DNA of 64,000 bases, taken from assembly GCA_041687695.1 (NCBI GenBank), contig JAWLBL010000005.1:217597-281596 (forward strand). Direction: 5' to 3'. Shown in pieces: positions 52,755-62,552 of this stretch. Source of the DNA: Myxococcota bacterium (GTDB lineage Bacteria > Myxococcota_A > UBA9042 > PHBI01 > JAWLBL01). The notes under the pieces are model-generated. The model did no database searches. It was not told the DNA's origin and worked only from the letters and a program-made list of their open reading frames with translations. Position numbers and translations under genes: made by a program. Numbering within the stretch: the stretch's first letter is position 1; the number at the start of each line of letters is the position of its first letter.

Positions 52755-55205
52755 TCAGCCGCCCGTGACCCGCGGGCGCCAGCCCAGCGACACGAAGGCC
52801 GCGGTCAGCGACAGGCAGGTCACGAAGCAGACCAGGATGCCCAGGCACGCGACCAGGCCGATGGAGCGGATGCCCTCGTTGTCGACGAAGAGCAGGCTCA
52901 TGAAGCCGACAGCCGTCGTCGCCGAGCTGATGGCCGCGGCGCCGCCGGTCGTGCGCATCACGCGCAGCAGGCCCTCGCCCTCCTTGAGGCGGTGGACCAG
53001 GTGGATGCTGGTGTCGACGCCGATGCCGAAGATGGTCGGCAGGACCACCACGTTGAACAGGGTCAGCGGGATGTCCAGCGCGGCCAGCAGCCCCAGGAAC
53101 AGCACGAAGCCGATGGCGATGGGCACGAAGGCCAGCGCCGCGTCACCCGGGCGCCGCAGATCCAGCAGCAGGAACAGGATGACCACCGCCCCGGCCAGCG
53201 CCACGGCCAGCGGCCCCTCCTCGAGCACCAGCGCGTAGGCGTCGCCCGTGATCATCCAGCTGGCGGTCGCGTGGTACACCTTGCCGTCCAGCTCGACGCG
53301 CCCGATCTCGTCCTGGATGCGCAGGACCTCCTTGGCGTTCGACTTCGAGCCGCTGACGTACAGCAGGACGTACCGCCCCAGGTTCCCCTCGGTGTCGGTG
53401 AACTTCTCCTTCACCCACCCGGGCAGCCCGTCGACCGAGAACGCCGCCGGCGTCAGGTAGGGCCGCAGCCGGTCCGCGCCGTCCTTGTCCTCGCCCTCGA
53501 GCAGGCCGTACTTGGCGTCGATCTTGCGCTTCATCTCGGCGACCAGCGCCAGCTTCCGCTCCTGCTCGGGAGGCACGAAGGTGAAGATGCTGACGACGTC
53601 CTTGAGCCGCTCGGACCGCTCGGCCTTCACCGTGTCCAGGTGCCGGTGCAGCGCGCGCGTGTCCTCGAGCCCGTCGGTGATGATGAGCGCGGGGCTGGCC
53701 GTGCGCGTCTCGGCCTCCTTGCGGTACTTCGTCTTGAGCTCCGAGGCCTTCTGAGACGACTTGGGGCGCAGCTTGCTCATGTCGGCCTCGAAGGCCAGGC
53801 CGGGCAAGGTCAGCCCCGCGCCGCCCAGCAGGAGCGCGAAGACGCCGACCAGGGCCCAGGCGGCGCCGCGGCCCAGCTGGGTGCGGCCGGTCGCGGGGGC
53901 GGCGCTGGGGGCGTCGGGCGCGCTGGCGGGCTGCGGGCGCCGCACCACGTCGTCGAGCGCCGTGGCCAGCGCCGGGATGACGACGTAGACCGCCAAAAGG
54001 CACAGCAGCACGCCGGCGGCCGCGAGGATGCCGAACTGGCTGAAGCCGCGGAAGTCGAACACCGACAGCGCGGCGAAGGTCGCCATCGTCGTCAGCGCCG
54101 CCGCGAGCATGGCCCGCCCCAGGCTGCCGAAGGCGCGCGGCAGGGCGACCGCCAGCGGGTGCCCGGCGGCGAACTCCTCGTCGGCGCGGCTGACCGCGTG
54201 GACCGCGAAGTCGATGCCCAGGCCCACCAGGATGGCGAAGATGAAGGCGGTGATGGTGTTGAGCGACCCGATGGCGGCGCGGGCGAAGATCACCATCCAG
54301 GTGAGGCCCACGGCCAGCGGCACCAACACCAGGAAGATGGCCCGGAGGCGCCGGAAGTACAGCGCCAGGATGAGGCAGATCCCGCCCATGGCGACCCAGG
54401 TGGCCGTCGCCAGATCTTCTTTGATCTGCGCGACCGCCGCGGTGACCTGGCTGTAGTCCCCCTCCATGGTGACCGACAGCCCCGCGCCCTGCCGCTTCGA
54501 CAGCGCCGCCTCCACGTCGGCCTCGATGAGCGCGTTGAGCCGCTGCGTCCGGTCGGTGTCGGCCGGCTTGAAGGTCGGGTAGACCTTGACGGCGATGACC
54601 TGCCCGTCGGGGCTCTCGAAGTAGGGCGTCAGATCCTGCGCGCCGACCAGCTCGCGCAGCTCGTCTTCGGTGGGGACGCCGCGATCGTCGGCGAGGGCCG
54701 CGGTCGGCGGGTCCTCGTCCTCGTCGTCGAAGTCGTCGAACCCGTCGGCCAGCTCCTTGGCGACGGCCCGCTTGATGCTCTCGTCGACCCGGGTGTGCAG
54801 CTCCTCGAGCTTGTCGACCGTCAGGAAGAGCAGGCCGTTGGTCTCGAAGAAGGCGGTGTCGCGCCGGAACTCGACGGAACCGACCATCTCGGCGTGGCGG
54901 GCGAAGGCGTCGGCCAGCTCGGCGCCCACCTGGCGGTTGACCTCTCGGTCGGGGCCGCCGATGAGGACCTGCATCTCGGAGCGCGAGCCCAGGATCTTCT
55001 GCGCCCGACGCGCGCGCACCACGTTCGGCGTGTCGTCGGGGAACAGCGCCTCCATGTCGCTGTGGATGGGGATGCGGGCGCCCCACAGGATCCCCGCCAG
55101 CGTCGTCGCGACCAGCGCCAGCGTCAGCCAGCGGCGCGCGACCAGGGCCGAGATGCGCCGGCCGACCCAGCGCGCGACCGGATGATGCTGGTGGTCGTCG
55201 CTCAT
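52755..55205 (-). CDS. MMPL/RND lipid transporter (HpnN-like)
   Basis: Two repeats of 1 TM + loop + 5 TM; GLGIDFAVH and GIGVDTSIH. Confidence 0.9.
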   Translation of the reverse strand: MSDDHQHHPVARWVGRRISALVARRWLTLALVATTLAGILWGARIPIHSDMEALFPDDTPNVVRARRAQKILGSRSEMQVLIGGPDREVNRQVGAELADAFARHAEMVGSVEFRRDTAFFETNGLLFLTVDKLEELHTRVDESIKRAVAKELADGFDDFDDEDEDPPTAALADDRGVPTEDELRELVGAQDLTPYFESPDGQVIAVKVYPTFKPADTDRTQRLNALIEADVEAALSKRQGAGLSVTMEGDYSQVTAAVAQIKEDLATATWVAMGGICLILALYFRRLRAIFLVLVPLAVGLTWMVIFARAAIGSLNTITAFIFAILVGLGIDFAVHAVSRADEEFAAGHPLAVALPRAFGSLGRAMLAAALTTMATFAALSVFDFRGFSQFGILAAAGVLLCLLAVYVVIPALATALDDVVRRPQPASAPDAPSAAPATGRTQLGRGAAWALVGVFALLLGGAGLTLPGLAFEADMSKLRPKSSQKASELKTKYRKEAETRTASPALIITDGLEDTRALHRHLDTVKAERSERLKDVVSIFTFVPPEQERKLALVAEMKRKIDAKYGLLEGEDKDGADRLRPYLTPAAFSVDGLPGWVKEKFTDTEGNLGRYVLLYVSGSKSNAKEVLRIQDEIGRVELDGKVYHATASWMITGDAYALVLEEGPLAVALAGAVVILFLLLDLRRPGDAALAFVPIAIGFVLFLGLLAALDIPLTLFNVVVLPTIFGIGVDTSIHLVHRLKEGEGLLRVMRTTGGAAAISSATTAVGFMSLLFVDNEGIRSIGLVACLGILVCFVTCLSLTAAFVSLGWRPRVTGG

Positions 55206-56371
55206 CGACGCTTCTCCGCGACCAGCTGCTCGTACAGCGCGAACAGCCCCTCGAAGTGGTCGTCCATCGTGCCGATCTTCTCGCGCGCCGCCCGCGCGCA
55301 GCCGGCCCGCAGCGCCTCGGGGTCGCGCCCCAGCAGCCGCACGATGGCCGCCCGCAGCGCCTCGGGCTCACCCGGCGGATAGCGCTCGGCGTAGTCCGGC
55401 CCCGCCAGATCCGCCGCGCCCCCCGCGTCCGGCACGACGACCGGCAGCCCGCTGCAGATCGCCTCGGCGACCACCAGCCCGTACGTCTCGGCCGCCGACC
55501 CGTGCACCATCGCGTCCGCGCTGGCCAGCGTCGTCGCCAGCTCCTCGCGGTCCTTGGTGTAGCCCGCCAGCAGCACGCCCTTCATCCCGCGCGTCCGCCG
55601 CGCCATCCACGCCCGCAGCGGCCCGTCGCCGTAGACCACCAGCCCCAGCGGCTCGCGCTCGGCCGCCCGCGCGAAGCCCTCGAGCACCGTCCCGAGGCGC
55701 TTTTCCGGGTGGAACCGGCTGACGTTCACCAGCAGCTTGCCCTCGGGCGGCACCCCGCAGGCCGCCAGCAGCTCCTGCCGCCGCGCCTCGCTGCGCTGCG
55801 CGGGCGAAAACGCCGCCTTGTCGATGCCGAACGGCACCGCCTCGGGCCGCGCCAGTTCGAAGCGCCGCAGCTTGTCGGCCAGCCAGTAGCCGCTGACCAC
55901 CGTCGCGTCCATGTGCCGGCTCAGGCGCCGCAGGTAGGCCCAGTACCAGCCGAACAGCTTGTCCACGCGCTCGGCGCCCAGCACGTGCCCCAGGAACGTC
56001 TGCGGGTACACCGCCACCGGGTCCTGGTGGAAGATGAACGTCTTGACCGCGCGCCCCGGCCAGCGCGCGACGAACCAGCCGCCCGTCCAGGGCGAGCTGC
56101 CCTCGACCACGTCGGGCCGCTCTCGGTCCAGGATGCGGTGGACCTCTTTTTCGCGCCACAGCACGTAGTACCGCGGGTCGGGCGGCAGCGGCGGGCCCTT
56201 GACCCACACGATGCGCCCGCCCAGGCGCTCCTCCTCGCCGTCCTCGGGCCCGGGGGCGACGATGACCACCTCGTGCCCGGCGCGCGCGCCGGCCGCCAGC
56301 TTCTGGTTGATGTACGTGCGGACCCCGCCGCCCTGCTCGGCGTAGAACTCCGCGACGTCGACGATCTTCAC
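55202..56371 (-). CDS. GT4 glycosyltransferase (MgtA/PimB-like)
   Basis: GGGVRTY, SRFHPEK, ETYGLVVAEA (EX7E); stop overlaps the MMPL start. Confidence 0.88.
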   Translation of the reverse strand: MKIVDVAEFYAEQGGGVRTYINQKLAAGARAGHEVVIVAPGPEDGEEERLGGRIVWVKGPPLPPDPRYYVLWREKEVHRILDRERPDVVEGSSPWTGGWFVARWPGRAVKTFIFHQDPVAVYPQTFLGHVLGAERVDKLFGWYWAYLRRLSRHMDATVVSGYWLADKLRRFELARPEAVPFGIDKAAFSPAQRSEARRQELLAACGVPPEGKLLVNVSRFHPEKRLGTVLEGFARAAEREPLGLVVYGDGPLRAWMARRTRGMKGVLLAGYTKDREELATTLASADAMVHGSAAETYGLVVAEAICSGLPVVVPDAGGAADLAGPDYAERYPPGEPEALRAAIVRLLGRDPEALRAGCARAAREKIGTMDDHFEGLFALYEQLVAEKRR

Positions 56372-56628
56372 AGGACGGCTCCGGGGTGGCGGCCTGAGTG
56401 GCCCAAGTAACGAGTGGCCCCAGCTATGCCACCGCGGCGAGGCCATCGCAACCAAGACCGCGAGCCCCTCCGAGCCTTGGAGTAGCAGCTATCCAGCGGA
56501 TCCGGCCGAGGTGGAGCAAGCCTACTCCACCGGGGTCGAGCGACCCGGGCGCCCCCCGCGGGCCGGGACCCGGAAAAAGTGGCGTCCCAGGCGGCCCTGC
56601 GCCACCTTGGCACTCCCGCCCCCCGTTC

Positions 56629-56644
56629 TGGCACATGGCTTGCT
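56629..56644 (+). promoter_or_regulatory. Sigma54 (-24/-12) promoter
   Basis: TGGCAC-ATGGC-TTGCT, an exact match to TGGCAC-N5-TTGCW, 80 bp upstream of the GT4 start. Confidence 0.75.
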
Positions 56645-56723
56645 TCTGCCCCCTGCCGAGGTCCGCCGGGGTCGACGGGCCCCGGGACCACGTCCCCTGT
56701 CTCCGATCGTCCGGAGGTCGCTC

Positions 56724-58163
56724 GTGCGCGTAGGCATCCTGACGGAGTACCCCTCCCCCGCCGTCCAGTCTGGACCGGCCATCCACACCAAGTTCCTGTA
56801 CGAGGGGCTCGGGCGGCGCGGCCACGACGTCATGCTCATCGGCCCGGACACCGGCTCGGTCATGCCCATCGACGGCCCCGAGACCCAGCTGTTCCACGCC
56901 GTCAGCTACCCGACGCACCCGAACGTCAAGATCCCGCTGCCGCGCGGCCTTCGCAGCATGTACGACGCCCCCCGCGTCGACGTCATCCACGGGCAGACCA
57001 ACTCGCACATGATCCACTACGGCGTGTGGGTCCGCGAGCTGCACGGGATCCCGCTGCTCAACACCCACACCATCCACCTGCCGACCCACTCGCACTTCAT
57101 CCTGTCGGACAAGCTCTACGGCAACCCGATGGTGCGCGAGGTCACGCGCCAGAGCGCGCTCGGCATGGAGAAGAACTTCGCCCGCCTGTACAACCAGGGC
57201 GACTGCCTCATCGTCCAGAGCCGCTACTTCGTCGACTACTGGCGCGAGCGCGGCGTGACCGTCCCCATCGAGGTCGTCGGCCGCCCCATCAACCCGACCC
57301 TGTTCTCGGCCCAGCCCGGCGAGGATCCCTTCCCGACCTCCTTCAAGGTCGGCAAGCGCCTGCTGGTCGTCTGCCGCCACGACCGCGAGAAGAGCCTCGA
57401 CCACCTCATCGATCTGTTCGTGAGCCGCATCGCCCCGAACGATCCCGAGGCGACCCTGACCCTGGTCGGCGACGGCCACCACCACGCCAACCTGGTGATG
57501 AAGGCCCTCGCCACGCCCTACGCCGCCCGCATCCACTTCCCGGGCGAGGTCGCGCACGGCCGGCTCGTCGACTGGTACGCCCACGCCGACGTCTTCGTGT
57601 ACACCTCGGTGTCCGAGACCTTCGGCAACGTCGTCAACGAGGCGCTGTGGACCGGCCTGCCGGTCGTCGCCCTCGACGATCGCATGGGCGTCGCCCACCA
57701 GATCGCCCACGAGATCAACGGCTACCTGGTCGAGCCGGAGCGCCACGACACCGACGACCGCTTCGCCGCGGCCGTCCTGCGCCTGACGGGCAACCGCAAC
57801 ATCCGCCGCCGCATGGCCGAGCAGGCCGCCACCCTCGCTCGGCGGGTGTCGCACCCCGACGTGGTCCTCAGCCGCTTCGAGCGCATCTACGAGGACGCGA
57901 AGCGGCACTGCCGCGAAACCCTTGGCAAACCGCTCCGTGAGCGGGGCCACCTCACCCGCGTCCGCTCTTTCACGCGCAACATCGGCGCCTGGACGTGGTA
58001 CAACAGCCTCCTGTTGACGCTCGCGCACACCGCGACGCGTCTCGGGGCCAGCCGCACGGGAGACGCCGCCCAGCACGAGGCGGTGATGGCCGAGGTCGCC
58101 GCCCAGGCGCCCGCCGCCGCCACCTCGAACCGCGCCGCGCGCGAGCGCCGACCGGCCGCCTGA
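56724..58163 (+). CDS. GT4 glycosyltransferase (diacylglycerol glycosyltransferase-like)
   Basis: GGAGG RBS plus GTG; CRHDREK, LVGDG, ETFGNVVNEA (EX7E). Confidence 0.88.
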   Translation: MRVGILTEYPSPAVQSGPAIHTKFLYEGLGRRGHDVMLIGPDTGSVMPIDGPETQLFHAVSYPTHPNVKIPLPRGLRSMYDAPRVDVIHGQTNSHMIHYGVWVRELHGIPLLNTHTIHLPTHSHFILSDKLYGNPMVREVTRQSALGMEKNFARLYNQGDCLIVQSRYFVDYWRERGVTVPIEVVGRPINPTLFSAQPGEDPFPTSFKVGKRLLVVCRHDREKSLDHLIDLFVSRIAPNDPEATLTLVGDGHHHANLVMKALATPYAARIHFPGEVAHGRLVDWYAHADVFVYTSVSETFGNVVNEALWTGLPVVALDDRMGVAHQIAHEINGYLVEPERHDTDDRFAAAVLRLTGNRNIRRRMAEQAATLARRVSHPDVVLSRFERIYEDAKRHCRETLGKPLRERGHLTRVRSFTRNIGAWTWYNSLLLTLAHTATRLGASRTGDAAQHEAVMAEVAAQAPAAATSNRAARERRPAA

Positions 58164-58263
58164 CCCACAGCCCCTCCGGGGCCGGGCTCCCAGCCCGTCC
58201 TCGACCCCAAGGGCGGGCAGCGATGCCCGCCCTTCCTCTTTTCGAAGCTGCGGGGGAGAGATC

Positions 58264-60183
58264 ATGCGGTTCGCGGCGTGCGCGTTGGCAGTCGTCCTCT
58301 TCGCGGCCTGTGGCGACGCCGGCCCTTCACCGGGACAGGTCGACGCCACCGCCGATGCGACGGACGACGTGGCGCCGCCCGACACCTCCGACGACGCCGG
58401 CGGCGACACCGTGTCCCCCGGCCCCGACGCCGCCGGCCACGACGCGGCGGGCGACACGGCGGGCGACGTCGACGCCGACGCTGGCCCCGACGCCGCGGGC
58501 TCCTGCGTCGCGCCCGGCGGCCCCTGCGATCCCTTCGATCTCGAGCCCGGGGCCGGCTTCTTCTGCGCCCGCCGGGCCGACGGCGCGGGCGAGTGTCGGC
58601 CAGCCTGCGCTCCATCGACACCCCAGGCGTGTCCCCAGGGGCAGGCCTGCCTGGTCCCGGCCCACCGCACGACCGGCTTTTGCGCCCCGGCCGCCTGCGA
58701 CGGCTTCGAGGCCGACACCTGCGGCGCGGGCGCTCAGTGCCTCCCGGCGCCCGACGGCGGCGCCTGCGTGGCCGGCGGGTCGGGCGCACCGGGCGTGGCC
58801 TGCGCCGCTCACGCCGCCTGCCAGCTGGGCAGCGTCTGCCACCAGGGCCGCTGCGCGGTGGCGGGGTGCGCGGCCGACCAACCCTCAACCTGTCCGCTGG
58901 GTGCCACCTGCGTCCCGGCCGAGGGACCCGCCGACGCGCCGCTCGAGTTGACGGTGTGCGACCCCTCCTGTGTCGCCTTCGCGCCCGACGATCCGTGCCC
59001 GGCAGGGACCTGGTGCGCGCCCACCCCGGGCCAGCCTGACGGGACCTGCGTGGCCCCCGCCCCCGACGCGGGCGCGCTGGGCGAGGCCTGCGCCGACGCC
59101 GGCTGCTGCGGCGCGCGAGCGGCTCCCGGCTGCGCCTCGGCCCCGGCCGTCGAGGCCTGCGTGTGCGCCCAGGACGCCTACTGCTGCGAGGTCGACTGGG
59201 ACGCGACCTGCGGGCAGCTCGCCGAGGCTTGCGAACTCGGCTGCGGGCCGGCGCCGGCCGAGGCCTGCGCCCAGGGCCTGACCTGCGTGGCGGGCACCTG
59301 CCGCGCCGCCTGCGCCTTCGACGGCGGCCCCCAGTGGACCTGCGGGGTCGCCGAGGCCTGCCTGCCGGTCTACGCCGACGGCGCGCCGAGCGCCTGGGGC
59401 GCCTGCGTGGCCGGCTGCGAGCCCTTCACCTCGGACCCGACCTGCGGCGTGACCCACTGGTGCCGGCCCCTGTTCTTCGGAGGCGGGGCCTGCCAGCCCA
59501 TCGCCAACACCAACACGGGCGAGGGCACCGCCTGCGGGGCCGTCGACCCTGCCCTGCCGTGCTGCGACGCAACAAGCGACTGCGCCGACTCCGCTGTGAA
59601 GGCCTGCGCCTGCGCGGCGGACGCTTCGTGCTGTAGCGGCTGGGACCAGGACTGCGTCGCGGCGGCGGTGGACCTGTGCGGCGCCCACTGCTCGCCGCCG
59701 CCGGCCACCTGCGACGTCGGGATGGTCTGCCTGGGCGGCCGCTGCCAGCCCGCCTGCCTGCCCGGCGCCGCCCCCGAGACCGCCGGCGCGTGCCAGGACG
59801 ACGGCGACCTGTGCCGCACGCTCGAGGCCGGGGGCGCCGACCTCGCCTTCGGGGTGTGCCGGCAGATCTGCGCCTTCCCGAGCGGCGCGTGTGACCTGCC
59901 GGGCCAGTTCTGCGCCGCGGCCGACGTCCTGGGCCAGCCTCAGGACCTGTGCGTCTTCGCGCCCGACGCCATCGCCGACTTCCCGCTCGCGGCCGGCGCG
60001 CCCTGCCCCGCCGGGGCCCCGGCCGGCACCTTCTGCGCCCCCAACCGCCTGTGCGTCTCGGGCACCTGCACCGACCTGTGCCTCGCCGTGACCGCGCCGC
60101 TCGACACCGCGCCGCACCCGGACTGCTCGGACCCGCGGGCCTCGTGCGTGCCGCTGTCCGACGCCGTCGGGCTGTGCGACTGA
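58264..60183 (+). CDS. Cys-rich surface lipoprotein (paralog 1)
   Basis: FAAC lipobox; Asp-rich linker; dense Cys; CVC..D.YCC...WD..C modules. Confidence 0.82.
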   Translation: MRFAACALAVVLFAACGDAGPSPGQVDATADATDDVAPPDTSDDAGGDTVSPGPDAAGHDAAGDTAGDVDADAGPDAAGSCVAPGGPCDPFDLEPGAGFFCARRADGAGECRPACAPSTPQACPQGQACLVPAHRTTGFCAPAACDGFEADTCGAGAQCLPAPDGGACVAGGSGAPGVACAAHAACQLGSVCHQGRCAVAGCAADQPSTCPLGATCVPAEGPADAPLELTVCDPSCVAFAPDDPCPAGTWCAPTPGQPDGTCVAPAPDAGALGEACADAGCCGARAAPGCASAPAVEACVCAQDAYCCEVDWDATCGQLAEACELGCGPAPAEACAQGLTCVAGTCRAACAFDGGPQWTCGVAEACLPVYADGAPSAWGACVAGCEPFTSDPTCGVTHWCRPLFFGGGACQPIANTNTGEGTACGAVDPALPCCDATSDCADSAVKACACAADASCCSGWDQDCVAAAVDLCGAHCSPPPATCDVGMVCLGGRCQPACLPGAAPETAGACQDDGDLCRTLEAGGADLAFGVCRQICAFPSGACDLPGQFCAAADVLGQPQDLCVFAPDAIADFPLAAGAPCPAGAPAGTFCAPNRLCVSGTCTDLCLAVTAPLDTAPHPDCSDPRASCVPLSDAVGLCD

Positions 60184-60285
60184 GTCCTTTCGGCAGGTTG
60201 GGCCCCCTCGCGCCCGCGCCGTTGCGATGACACGGTCGGCGGGTATGGTGGCGCCCTTCCCACCCGAGCACCCAGTGGAGGCACC

Positions 60286-62382
60286 ATGAAGTCGAGGACG
60301 ACCCGGCTGTGGTCGACGTTCGCCGTCTTGTCGCTGCTCACGGCCGGCGCCTGCGGCGATGACAATGGGGGCACGACGCCCACCACGGACGTGACCGTCG
60401 ACGCGGACGCCGACGCGGGCGAGGTCGGCGAGGACGTCACGCCCGACGTGCCCCCCGACGTGCCGGAGGACATCGCACCCGACGTGCCCGAAGACGTCAC
60501 GCCGGACGTGCCCGACGTGGCCCCCGACGTCCCGGAGGACGTCCCCGAAGACGTGACGGACGTCGAAGACGACCTGCCCGACGTGCTGCCCGACGTCGAC
60601 GACGACCTGCCCGACGTCGAAGACGACCTGCCCGACGTCTCGCCGGACGTCGCGGACGACACGGCCGACGTGCCCGGCGAGGTCATCGACACCACCTGCG
60701 AGGCGGTGGACGACCCCTGCACGCCCGGCGCGACCCCGTCCGAGGACTTCGTCTGCGTGCTCGACGGCGCCGGGGGCGGGGTGTGCCGCCTCGCGTGCTC
60801 GGTCTTCGGCGAGCCGTGCCCCGGCGACGAGGAGTGCCTCACGGGCGACGCCTTCGCGGGCTTCTGCGGCCCGGCGACCTGCTCGGGCTTCCTGTCGGGC
60901 GACTGCGGCCCGGGCGCCCACTGCATCGCCTTCGAGGACGCCGACGACGGGGTCTGCGTCCCCAGCGGCCCGGGCGCGGCGGGCGCCTTCTGCGACGAGC
61001 CTGGCGACTGTGTGGTCGGGACGCTGTGCTTTCTGGGCCAGTGTCGGACGATCGACTGCACGACGGACGGCACGACGCTGACGTGCGAGGGCGGCGCCCA
61101 GTGCCAGCCCCTGGCGTTCGGGGACGAGGCCCTCGACGTGGGCGTGTGCGTGGTCGGGTGCGTGCCGTTCGCCGAGGACGACGGCTGCCCCGACGGCTCC
61201 TGGTGCGCGCCCGACCCGCAGCAGGCCGGCCTGGGGGCGTGCGTGCCCTTCTCCGAGGACAACGCCGGCGCCGGCGAGGCCTGCGGGCCGGGCGAGTGCT
61301 GCGTCGGCAAGGTGACCCCCGGCTGCGAGGGCGACCCGGCGCTCGAGGCGTGCGTGTGCGCCCTGGACGACTACTGCTGCGACACCGAGTGGGACGACGT
61401 GTGCGCGGACCTCGCGGCCACCGCGTGCGGGGCCTGCGCCCCGACGCTCGAGGCGACCTGCGGCGCCGGACTGACCTGCGTCGGCGGGCTCTGCGCGCCC
61501 CTGTGCGACCTCACGGACGCCCAGGCGTGCCCCGCGGGCCAGGCCTGCTTCGCCGCCGCCGCGGACCAGCAGCTCCTGGCCTTCGGCGTGTGCGGCCCCG
61601 GCTGCGTGCCGTTCACGTCGGACCCGACCTGCGGCGAGGACGAGGCCTGCGTGCCCCTGGGGATCGGCGGCGGCCGGTGCGCGCCCGTCGACCCGGCCAA
61701 CGCCCCGCTGGGCGAGGCGTGCGGCGACATCGACGACACGCTGTCCTGCTGTGACCCGCTCGCGCCCTGCGAGCAGCCCGAGATCGTCGCCTGCGTGTGC
61801 CCGCTCGACGACTTCTGCTGCGACGACTGGGACGACCTGTGCGCCGAGGTGGCGGTCGCCTTCTGCGGCCTCGGGTGCAGCGCGCCGGACGACACCTGCG
61901 CGGCCGAGCTGGTGTGCGACGAAGGGACGTGCGAGCAGGGCTGCGACCCCGACGCCGCGGCGGGCGAGGCCGGCGCCTGCGACGCCGCCGAGGACGTCTG
62001 CCGGCGCTTGGTCTTTCAGGCCGAGCCGCTCGAGCTGGGCGTGTGCACGGAAGCCTGTGACCTCGACGGCGCCGGCACCTGCGCGGCCGAGGGCACCTTC
62101 TGCGCGGTGGGCGAGGTCTTCGAGGCGCCCAGCGACGTGTGCCTGGACGTGCCCGAGGCGGTGGCCGGGTTCCCGCTGGATGCCGGGGACGCGTGCCCGG
62201 GGGGCGTCGACGACGGGACCTTCTGCGGTCCCGACCGGGTGTGCGTCGACGGCGACTGCCTGGTCCTGTGCTTCGCGGTCAACGGACCGCTCGACGACAT
62301 CGACCACCCCGACTGCCCCGATCCGGCCCAGGAGTGCGCCAGCGTGAGCGATCGCCTGGGGCTGTGCATCGACCTCCCGTAG
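60286..62382 (+). CDS. Cys-rich, highly acidic surface lipoprotein (paralog 2)
   Basis: AGAC lipobox; (PDV/EDV/DDL) repeat linker; module order collinear with paralog 1. Confidence 0.85.
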   Translation: MKSRTTRLWSTFAVLSLLTAGACGDDNGGTTPTTDVTVDADADAGEVGEDVTPDVPPDVPEDIAPDVPEDVTPDVPDVAPDVPEDVPEDVTDVEDDLPDVLPDVDDDLPDVEDDLPDVSPDVADDTADVPGEVIDTTCEAVDDPCTPGATPSEDFVCVLDGAGGGVCRLACSVFGEPCPGDEECLTGDAFAGFCGPATCSGFLSGDCGPGAHCIAFEDADDGVCVPSGPGAAGAFCDEPGDCVVGTLCFLGQCRTIDCTTDGTTLTCEGGAQCQPLAFGDEALDVGVCVVGCVPFAEDDGCPDGSWCAPDPQQAGLGACVPFSEDNAGAGEACGPGECCVGKVTPGCEGDPALEACVCALDDYCCDTEWDDVCADLAATACGACAPTLEATCGAGLTCVGGLCAPLCDLTDAQACPAGQACFAAAADQQLLAFGVCGPGCVPFTSDPTCGEDEACVPLGIGGGRCAPVDPANAPLGEACGDIDDTLSCCDPLAPCEQPEIVACVCPLDDFCCDDWDDLCAEVAVAFCGLGCSAPDDTCAAELVCDEGTCEQGCDPDAAAGEAGACDAAEDVCRRLVFQAEPLELGVCTEACDLDGAGTCAAEGTFCAVGEVFEAPSDVCLDVPEAVAGFPLDAGDACPGGVDDGTFCGPDRVCVDGDCLVLCFAVNGPLDDIDHPDCPDPAQECASVSDRLGLCIDLP

Positions 62383-62552
62383 CCCGCCGTCGGCGGACAG
62401 GGGCGAAGCCGGTCTCCCGCGCGGGGAGGCCGGCTTCGTGCTTTCGAAGGCTGCGAAGCGCCCAGCCCCACGCGGGAGATTCCCAGCGCGCGCGCGTGTG
62501 TTATAGACGCGCGCCTGCGTCGCCCGGACCGGCGACGCGCGGAGGGCACTCG

